A stretch of DNA of 64,000 nt, from the NCBI GenBank assembly GCA_030264375.1, contig JASCQW010000132.1:92154449-92218448 (forward strand), read 5' to 3'. A model generated the notes under the pieces. It was not told the DNA's origin and did not search any database. It was given only the letters and a program-made list of their open reading frames with translations. Shown in pieces: positions 1 to 8,375 of this stretch (its first letter is position 1; the number at the start of each line of letters is the position of its first letter). Source of the stretch: Carcharhinus longimanus. Its lineage: Eukaryota. Position numbers and translations under genes: made by a program.

Positions 1-289
1 CGTTAGAGATGTTTGCAATGCTCTATCCCCAAGTCTACACAATTCCATCTATACTTTCCCTCCGTGGCTGACAGGGCAAGGTTGTGAAAAGCAGCAAGAA
101 CGTCATTCTACTACTTAACTATAACCCACGTGACCGTTATACAATGGAGCAAAGGCTGTGTCACCTGGACGCAACTTCCCAAGAACCCGATTGCCTGTGC
201 GCAACTTCCGTGAACACGTTCAGCTTGCTCGGAGGTCAGCCATCTCACGTATGTGAATTGAGAACATTGTTTCGCTTGAGTAGGCAGGG

Positions 290-425
290 ATCTTCTGCCC
301 GTTTACCCCTTTTACATAGATCATTTCGTTATTGGTAAGGGTAGGTCCTTGTTAGATATGGAGGCTCCCGTGTCCACCAGCATTTCACATTGTCAGCCCC
401 CTACTAGTGCTGACACGTAGATTCT
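290..425 (-). pseudogene. pro: Retroviral aspartic protease remnant
   Basis: - strand translation GRIYVSALVGG*QCEMLVDTGASIS (DTG active site at ~363-380), then after a frameshift IYVKGVNG (flap-like). Contains an internal stop. Confidence 0.85.
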
Positions 426-520
426 ACCTCCTTACCCAAACTCGCAGGGGCTGCCCCTCGTCAGTTTGTCTCTTCCGTGATGGCGGGGGAAGCCTGACTA
501 GGTCATCCGTGTTTGCTCCG

Positions 521-1384
521 ACAGGTAGCCTCTGTGTGGCCCTCTTTATTGCAAAATAGGTAGGGGCCTTTCTTCTACCTCCCTTCAGAGCCCTACAGTC
601 TCTGGCAAAGTGGCCTGGCTTTCCGCAATTTATAGCATGTACCCTTTGGTTTAGTTCCTCCACTGTTTGTACTAACATTTTCCTGTTTTATTTGTGGGAA
701 TGCTTTCTCATCTGGTCTGTCTTTAATTCCAGATATCCATTCTACTAGTTTGTCATAATCCCGGGAACTAATAACTCCCATTTTAAGGATTTTTTGGTGA
801 ACTGGTGACAGCCTGTCTTTAAATGCTTGTAAAAAGGCTCTATCTGTTTGGGCAGTTTTGGGTATTCCTGAACATTCTTGGTATACTTTAAAGAGCCACT
901 CCCCGAATTCAGAGGCTCCTTCACCTCTTTGTTGTTTAGTATTGGTAATTCTGGATCAATTGGTTGGTGCGTTGCCCAAGACCCGTTGGGCTTCCACTTT
1001 AAACTGATTAAATGGTTCAATCGTTGCATCAAGCTCAGCGCTTAACTCTACGGCGAGGTCTCCCAGGGGTGCCGTGGGTTGTACAGCTGGCCCACAGGGA
1101 GGCAAGGAACCCCAGCCGGAGTCCTCTAAAACTTGGTTTCTCTTTTCTAATTCTCTGTTGTGTGCTTCCAACATTTTGATTTTTGCTTTGTTGTCAGCCC
1201 ATTTCTTACCCGAGCCTGAGACCTGTTCAATTAATCCGGCCAATTGGTGAACTAAGAGAACTCCAATTTTCTTGGTTCTGTCCTTTTTTTTTCCTTTTCC
1301 AACCATCTGTTGTTGGGCTGGCAGGTGGGATGGATTCCACCCCCCTTTTCTCACCTGTTTAATGAATTTGTCCCTCTCAGCCAT
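521..1384 (-). pseudogene. gag: Retroviral gag pseudogene
   Basis: ORF 1384..956 continues through a TGA (likely TGG) into N*SRITNTKQQRGEGASEFGEWL (major-homology-region-like). Knuckle CY(fs)CGKPGHFARDC at ~595-637; second knuckle CNKEGHTEATC at 521-553. Confidence 0.85.
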
Positions 1385-1726
1385 ATGTGTTGATCAGGGA
1401 TCCTGGGAGTCGCCACTGTCCTTGCGATTTTGTCACAATACAGATAAGTATATACGTACCACCTGGAGTCTTCTATTCTCCCTTCTCATTCTCCCCCTCC
1501 TAGGTCGCTCTTATCAGAGTCCACGGATACATGTCAGGGGTGATCAGATCCCGCCATATCACCGCTTATACTATTTAAGCCGGCTTTTCCTTCTGCTCCG
1601 ATGATCACTCAGACAGTCTCTTTCTCATTCACATCTGAATATCACACCCCAGGCATCCACCCTGTTAAGTTCAATGATCTCTTCCGGAGCTCTGGTCATG
1701 GCTGTTCAACTGGACCTGTAAACAGA

Positions 1727-1744
1727 TCCCAGGTTTCAGCACCA
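1727..1744 (-). promoter_or_regulatory. Primer binding site complementary to tRNA-Phe
   Basis: TGGTGCTGAAACCTGGGA vs canonical TGGTGCCGAAACCCGGGA (16/18; both mismatches are CpG->TpG), 3 nt after the LTR end. Confidence 0.85.
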
Positions 1745-1747
1745 ATT

Positions 1748-2226
1748 TGTTGTCGGTAAATAATACCTCTGAGGCTGGTCGTGAGTCAAAGTACAGTTTA
1801 CTACAGAAGCTTTTAAGAGAAGCCCAGTTCCTAAAGTGCTTCACCAAACTTCTCCCCGAACATAAGCAAGAGTAAATTTTTATACATCCTGGTTCCCGCT
1901 CCTAGTCACGTCCGCAGTTCTCCAGGATGTCTGTCATGGTTCGTCATCCATCGTGGTTTTTGCTGCCTCAGCGGTTTCGTCCTTTGCATAGTCCATTGTA
2001 GTCGTAGCTGTCCCAAGGCTGCAACTGTCTCCATTCTGTTCCTCTATTATGATTAGCCGTTATTGCATTGCAACACCTGCAGTTTGTTTAGCCAGCATAC
2101 AAGGCTACAAGCTCGCACAAACACCATCAACTGGCATACAAGGTTACAGGGTGCAAAAACAAGTCTTGCAATGCTTTGCACAAATCTTTAAGTATTACAA
2201 AGTTCATTAACCCATTCCCTTCTTCA
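1748..2226 (-). mobile_element. ERV 5' LTR (~480 bp)
   Basis: Ends ...CCGACAACA just before the PBS. TATAAAA at ~1884-1878, AGTAAA polyA-like signal at ~1802-1797, duplicated GCATACAAGG(C/T)TACA motif at ~2095-2150. Start TGAAGAAGGG is approximate. Confidence 0.75.
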
Positions 2227-4588
2227 GTCAATAAATGGTTTATGTTCAATCATACCAGTCTCCAGACCTCTTCCTGAGACACCAAATAATCCTACAACAT
2301 GGTAGCAGTGAAGAATGGGGCTCAAAATCCCAGAGAAACTGAAGCCCAACATCTCAAGGTTTGAAAGACTGAAGAAACTGCAGCCTGATTTGCGAGAAGT
2401 ACACCTTAATTGAAGACACGGTTGGATTGTAAAAAGAAATTGCATTGCAATTGTCGAAGGACTCCACCAGGTCTTGTGGAGGTCTATTGCCAGATCTGAT
2501 CAAACTCAGAGTCAAGGGTCTAAGCTAGATCACAAAAGGCAAGAGAATTGAATGCAACTGAGGACTCCAGGGATGTCAATTGTGAATATCCCCAGACTGC
2601 AGAGTCTAAAGGCCTAGTGGAGCTGAGCAAAGTATGCTAAAAAGGCAGAAATTACTTTTGCAAACAGGCAACAATCAGGATCAGCACAGCATCCTAGAGC
2701 ATAGCTGGAAGAAAGCTGCAGCAAAGATCCACAGCTAATCCCACAAAGTGATGGCTAAGCTTGAACAAATGAAAACTTAATGGAACTTAAAACTTGCCTT
2801 CCCATAGGTTCTTCTGATTAGAAAGTTTACTAGTTGGCCCAAACTTCTACTGTGAAGGTTTCCTGCGGAGAGAATAAGTTTTTAAAAAAAGGGCTTGTCA
2901 GAGCAATGGGAGCACACCAAAACTGACGAGCACAAGAAGAACAAAGAGAGGAAAAAAAACACAGCTACTGCGCAGCCATTTTTTTTTTAAAGGGCAACAA
3001 AATTTAAAACTGTACTCCCCTGTGTGAAAGAAGCAACTGNNNNNNNNNNNNNNNNNNNNNNNNNNNNNNNNNNNNNNNNNNNNNNNNNNNNNNNNNNNNN
3101 NNNNNNNNNNNNNNNNNNNNNNNNNNNNNNNNNNNNNNNNNNNNNNNNNNNNNNNNNNNNNNNNNNNNNNNNNNNNNNNNNNNNNNNNNNNNNNNNNNNN
3201 NNNNNNNNNNNNNNNNNNNNNNNNNNNNNNNNNNNNNNNNNNNNNNNNNNNNNNNNNNNNNNNNNNNNNNNNNNNNNNNNNNNNNNNNNNNNNNNNNNNN
3301 NNNNNNNNNNNNNNNNNNNNNNNNNNNNNNNNNNNNNNNNNNNNNNNNNNNNNNNNNNNNNNNNNNNNNNNNNNNNNNNNNNNNNNNNNNNNNNNNNNNN
3401 NNNNNNNNNNNNNNNNNNNNNNNNNNNNNNNNNNNNNNNNNNNNNNNNNNNNNNNNNNNNNNNNNNNNNNNNNNNNNNNNNNNNNNNNACGAGGTGGACC
3501 TCCACCTGTGGAATAAAAAGACAAAAACGTTAATCACAAGCCTGCCTTTCCGGTGTCTCCCGAGGAAGGAAGACCCCAGGGTGAAAGAGACAGGACAAAC
3601 CAGAGTGAAAGAGACCAGACACCCCAGGCTGAGGGAAACAAGAAAGAAAATGAAACTGTTCTAGAGGAAAATATTTATATCACAGCTGAGTTGGAAAAAC
3701 TCAATCAGAATTACAGCCAGACACAACAGGCTGAAAAGGTACTCTGAAAGACTATTTGAAAACCAGTAAAGGCCCCTGGAAAAACAGAAGTTTAAACAAA
3801 AAAGATCTTGAATACTTTAGAAAAATGCATTGGAACTGTATGTATGGACAAAGCAGTGTTGTGAAGTGCAGCGTGAGTTGGCAAGCAATCAATAAGAAAA
3901 TAAATAGTTGAAAGAACAGTGACTTGCCATTAAGATCAAGTGCAAAAAGAGTATATAACCCTTCAACAGCAAATGTAGTCTGTCTTAAACTATTAGAGAT
4001 GGATGATTGGTCATGATGTATTTAATTAGCAAAGCATGCTCAAAGGCCAAATGGTCAACTTGTGCTCCTATTTACCATGTTCCTTCCTTCCTTTCTTGTT
4101 AGTAGAATGGATGAAGACAGAACAAAGGCAAAGAGACTCTGACTTAAAACTTAAGGCAAAACTAATGAACTTTGCAAGGCAGAAGAAAACCTATTGAAGG
4201 ACCTTCACAGGCTACAAAGATCCCTCGTGTCAAAGCTTGTTCTGGAAAACTATGAAGTGAAGCAAAACTAATTTAGTGTCACTTAATTGAACTGAAGAAC
4301 CATTGGCAAAGAGGACTCAGCAATGTTCAGTATTCCAGGAGGAAGACCAGAGGTATAATAAAGAGACTGAATGGAACAGAAGCATTGAAAGGAAAAGCCA
4401 TGGAGCTTCCCAAGCTGCAAGCAGTTGAAGAAGCCGTGAGTAGCACAATAATAGAACTGAAAAAGTTAAGACTTTGCCGGAGACAGACTTGGCCAACAAT
4501 GAAACCAAAAAAAGGCAGAAAATGCAAATCCAATGCTGAAGCCCAAGAAGCTAGATGCCTCAAACGTTCAGTTTGTTTAATGCAGAAT
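2227..4588 (+). mobile_element. Gypsy-like LTR retrotransposon relic (LTR 3' part, tRNA-iMet-type PBS, degraded internal region; interrupted by gap)
   Basis: AATAAA at ~2230, LTR-like end CCTACAACA at 2299 directly followed by TGGTAGCAGTG (2300-2310, resembling iMet PBS TGGTAGCAGAG). A-rich degraded coding-like sequence follows; internal extent uncertain. Confidence 0.5.
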
Positions 4589-4689
4589 NNNNNNNNNNNN
4601 NNNNNNNNNNNNNNNNNNNNNNNNNNNNNNNNNNNNNNNNNNNNNNNNNNNNNNNNNNNNNNNNNNNNNNNNNNNNNNNNNNNNNNNNA

Positions 4690-4910
4690 GACAGAGATGA
4701 GTATTTGAAGCTATCTTCCTCAGAAGGCAGTAGAAGCAGAGTCTTTAAATATTTTCAAGGCAGAGCAAGATGGATTGTTTAGTAACAAGGGGGTGAAAGG
4801 TTATCAGGGGTAGACAGGAGTGTGAAGTTGAGGCTACAATCAAATCATCCATGATCTTATTGAATAACAGAGCAGGCTTGAAGGGTCAAGTGGTTTACTC
4901 CTGCTCATAA
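4690..4910 (+). mobile_element. CR1/HER1-type LINE 3' end
   Basis: Typical shark CR1 tail (...CATGATCTTATTGAAT..GAGCAGGCTTGAAGGG...ACTCCTGCTC). Confidence 0.6.
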
Positions 4911-5803
4911 TTCACACATTCATAATTTTGAGCTCTTTTATAAAATCTCACTTTCATTGCTCTCAGCAGAAGCATCCAAGTTTCCCTAGACTGTCATAAT
5001 CCAAATCCCCCATCCCTGCTCCCACTCTGGTAAATCTCTGATTCTCTGAGAGGCTTTGCCATTCTAAAGTGTGATGCGTAGAATTGGACATAACATGAAG
5101 CTGTTACAGTGGTATTTTTAGTCGAGGGAAGAACGTTGCCAGGGACTAATCCAAAAGAATCTTTAACGACTGTCGGCACACATCTCAGCAGGAAGGCAAA
5201 GTCTCAGTTCAGTGGTTCACCTGAAGTTTGTACCTCTGACAGTGCAGCTGTACCTCAGCACTGCACTGGAATGCCCATATGTATGGGCGCAAGGTTTTGG
5301 AACCCCTGATCTGAGAGTTTTGCCCACTGAGCTAAGCTGAGATTCTGCAACACCAGCTAAGTTCAGTTTGAAGTTTATTTTTGTTTGATTTGACAGCTCT
5401 CTTTTTCAAACACAAATATTTTACAATTTGTTTAATTAAAATGTGAAATATTGTCCCTAAAGTTCTGCACTACTCTCATTCCTGTCCAAGTTTAGCCCAT
5501 GATGTAGGCAAATGGAGTCAGTGGGGAAGATCAGCCTTGATTGTTTTGAATGATGGAGCAATCTCAGAGAGATAAATGGCCTATCTCTGCCTTTTATACT
5601 GTTACTAGGTCACACTTGACAAACCTGTCCCATCTCTTTAGCCAGATTATGAATGATTTGTTTCTGTGCTGTAATGTCCATGTAGTTCCAGCCTGTGACT
5701 TGCTCCCAAGCATCTTTATTTATAGAACATTTATGTTTGTAGTTATTTTCAGCTACAGTTACTATTATTTGCTTTGACCAATAATTTTCTTTCCTGATGC
5801 TAG

Positions 5804-5929
5804 CTGGCTATAATCCAGTATCTGGATGAGACCAGACCTGGCCCACGGCTGCTCCCTGAGGACAGCAAGAAACGTGCCCAAGTCCGGATGATTTCTGACC
5901 ACATCACCTCTGGTATTCAACCTCTACAG
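5804..5929 (+). CDS. GSTZ1: GSTZ1 (maleylacetoacetate isomerase / GST zeta) internal exon, equivalent to human exon 5
   Basis: AG|...|GT, 126 nt, encodes [42 protein letters not shown], matching GSTZ1 (LAIIEYLEE.RP.PRLLP.D.KKRA.VRMISD.I..GIQPLQ). Confidence 0.93.
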
Positions 5930-6059
5930 GTATGAGTTTAGTTTCAGGAACCAATTTTTTTGGAGCTCGTGCTGCATTAGAGCTTTCTTTCAACTGAAGG
6001 TTGGTTGCTCATTCTCATGTCTGGTGAATAACTCATGCTCTCAATTGTCTGCGTATCAA

Positions 6060-6700
6060 GTACAAATTGTATACTATAACTGGCAGGACCCTTAGGAACA
6101 TTAACATACAGAGAGATCTGGGCATGCAAATCCACACAAATGTGGCAACACAGGTGATTAAGAAGGCATATGGCATGCTCCCGTTCATCAGCTGGGGTAT
6201 TGAGTACAAAAGTTGGGAAATCATGTTGCAGCTATATAAAACCTTGGTTAGGCTGCATTTAGAATACTGCGTGCAGTTCTGGCCACCACACTACCAGAAG
6301 AAGCTTTGGAGAGAGTGCAAAGATGGTTCTCAAGGATATTGCCTGGTCTCGAAGGTGTTGGCTATGAGGAGAGGTTGAATAAACTAGGATTGTTTTCACT
6401 GGAAGCTGAAGGGAGACCTAATAGAGGTCTACAAAATTATGAGACATGGACAGGGTGGAAGTATCAATGACAAAGGGGCACAGGTTCAAAGTAAAAGGAG
6501 GATAGTTTAAGGGAGATGTGCAGGAGGATGTTTTTACGCAGAGAGTGATGGGTGCCTGGAACGTGCTGCCAGAGGAGGTAGTCAGCAATATTTAAGAGGC
6601 ATTTGGATGGGATAGGGATACAGACTGAGTAAGTGCAGGGTTTTTTTTAGTTTAATTAGTTCATCATGATCAGTACAGGCTTGGAGGCCAAAGCCTGTGT
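6060..6700 (+). mobile_element. CR1/HER1 LINE 3' fragment (RT C-terminus) in GSTZ1 intron
   Basis: ORF 6067-6378: QRDLG...KKAYGMLPFISWGIEYKSWEIMLQLYKTLVRLHLEYCVQFW. Confidence 0.85.
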
Positions 6701-6872
6701 TCTTAACAGCAGATTTCTCTGTAAGGTCATGTGGGTCAGGTTTGTTATTCAGATTGGATAAACTCAGGTGTCTGGTCTGGTCTATTTGGGTCACTCTGGA
6801 TGAGGTTTGTTTGGGGTTTTACCATTGGTATTTGTGCCTGTAGCTTACTCACTTTGTCTAGTTTTCTTTCAG

Positions 6873-6951
6873 AATTTGCATGTGTTGCAGAAGTTAGAAA
6901 GTGAGAAGAAACTTGAATGGGCTCAATATTTCATCATCAATGGCTTCCAAG
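6873..6951 (+). CDS. GSTZ1: GSTZ1 internal exon, equivalent to human exon 6
   Basis: TTTTCTTTCAG|...|GTGAG, 79 nt, NLHVLQKLESEKKLEWAQYFIINGFQ plus 1 nt; in frame with the previous exon. Confidence 0.9.
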
Positions 6952-6999
6952 GTGAGACCTGGCAGATGACCCCGTCACACCGGTGCTGTGGAACTTTCT

Positions 7000-7440
7000 A
7001 ATCCATCCAACACTATCGCTACTAACTTCCACCTCCATCCTAACTTGCGTCCTGACCTGTTCACCCATCACCGATGTGCTTGCTGAACTACACTGGCTGT
7101 CTGTCCGGCAATTTTTAAACTCTCGCTCTTATTTCCCTCGGGCTCACGGTTTCCTATTTTCTGTAACCTCCTCCAGCCCTGCACACCTCCAAAAACCCCT
7201 CTACTCCTCCATTTCTGTTTCACATCCTTGATTTCCATCATTCCATTATTGGCCACCATACTTTCAGTTTCCTGAGCTCTGGAATTTCTTCCTTTGGCCT
7301 CTCTACCCTCACTTTCACTAAAATGTTCCTTCAGATCTGACTTCTTACTCAACTCTCCTGGCTATGTCATTAAGACTTGGTATCAAATTCATCATTGCTT
7401 TTGTGGCAATTAACTATTAAGAGTGTTATAAAAATGAGTT
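7000..7440 (+). mobile_element. L2 LINE 3' fragment
   Basis: SPITDVLAELHWL (L2 'HITPVL..LHWLP' motif) followed by L2-like tail. Confidence 0.65.
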
Positions 7441-7487
7441 GTGTAACTGACTCCATCCTCCTTTGCTAATGTCTGCCTATTTTCCAG

Positions 7488-7540
7488 CTCTGGAGAGTCT
7501 CCTGCAACAGACAGCTGGACGATACTGTGTCGGTGATGAG
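7488..7540 (+). CDS. GSTZ1: GSTZ1 internal exon, equivalent to human exon 7
   Basis: TATTTTCCAG|...|GTGCG, 53 nt, (A)LESLLQQTAGRYCVGDE; correct phase after the 79-nt exon. Confidence 0.92.
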
Positions 7541-7846
7541 GTGCGTACAAGCAAGCTTCTAACCGTGCATCTGTTTAGGATGGCATAGATGATTTTAGGT
7601 TGGTGACAGTCATAACTCTTTGCACAGTTCAGGATGAGAATTGATTGCATTCTCATCGTGAGCTGTTCCCACAACAGGGTGGATGATACCGATGTTTTTC
7701 TCTTTTAATCCACAGGTGTTTCGGTCCGCCTTGTTGTCCAATGAGGGACATGCACGCGATGGGTCGTACGAGGGCTGCTCTTGGTTGTTTCGAGAGAAGC
7801 CTAGTACTTTACGTCGTTAGTGTACGCTTAAACTGGACCAGATGTT

Positions 7847-8150
7847 GGGCAACACGACAGCTCAGTGACTATCACTGTTTGCTGTGCAGACACATGGATT
7901 TGGGCCAGTGTCTGTGGGAGTTTGCACATTCTCCCCGTGCTTGCGTGGGTTTTCTCTGGGTGCACCCACACCCTCCCACACCCCAAAGATGTGCTATTAG
8001 GCTGATTGATGGTAATAAATTGTCCCTAAATTAGTTTTCCCTCAATGTGGAATGCCGTAAGCATAGATAAGGGTCATGGGTGGCGGGGGGACTGGTAATG
8101 TTAAAATGGCGGCACGGGCTCATTGGGCCGAAGGGCCTGTTTCACGCGCT
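7847..8150 (+). mobile_element. Old HE1/V-SINE copy
   Basis: V-domain GTCTGTGGGAGTTTGCACATTCTCCCCGTGCTTGCGTGGGTTTTCTCTGGGTG and CR1-derived tail GGGCCGAAGGGCCTGTTTC. Confidence 0.7.
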
Positions 8151-8189
8151 GTTTTTGTTCTTTGTACCTGGTTTAAATTTCAAACAGTG

Positions 8190-8375
8190 GTGCTGTTAGT
8201 CACCATCAACTGGTCCATTCTCCATGGCAACACTTCCACCAATCAGAGTTCACTTGCCAACCAATTGGCATTTTCATCTCGTACAGTATAAATTTGTTGT
8301 CTCCCTTGGATTTGGCACTCTTGCAAAATGACCTGCTGAGTGCAAGACTAAAAGCTTTGGCAAAAAGTAAATTTG
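8190..8375 (+). mobile_element. Penelope-like terminal repeat fragment with decayed hammerhead motif
   Basis: CCATGGCAAC...CCAATCAG..CACTTGCCAACCAAT...TATAAAT then TGAC-CTGCTGA-GTGCAAGAC-TAAA-AGCT-TT-GGCA (8329-8362); homologous to 59745-59870. Confidence 0.6.

Larger units (their letters stand above)
1..2226 (-). mobile_element. Degraded endogenous retrovirus (5' LTR-PBS-gag-pro-...), continuing past window start
   Basis: On - strand: LTR 2226..1748 (TG...ACAACA), tRNA-Phe PBS, gag with MHR and CCHC knuckles, and protease motif LVDTGAS, with multiple stops and frameshifts. Confidence 0.9.

Noticed and set aside
2898-3537. Long ORFs in the track (also at ~19.4k, 27.6k, 29.7k, 35.4k, 47k)
   Set aside because: They are open only because they run through N-gaps.
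7760-7805. Possible Helitron 3' end (CTAG|T) that might explain capture of the GSTZ1 fragment
   Set aside because: No convincing GC-rich hairpin at the expected distance from the CTAG.
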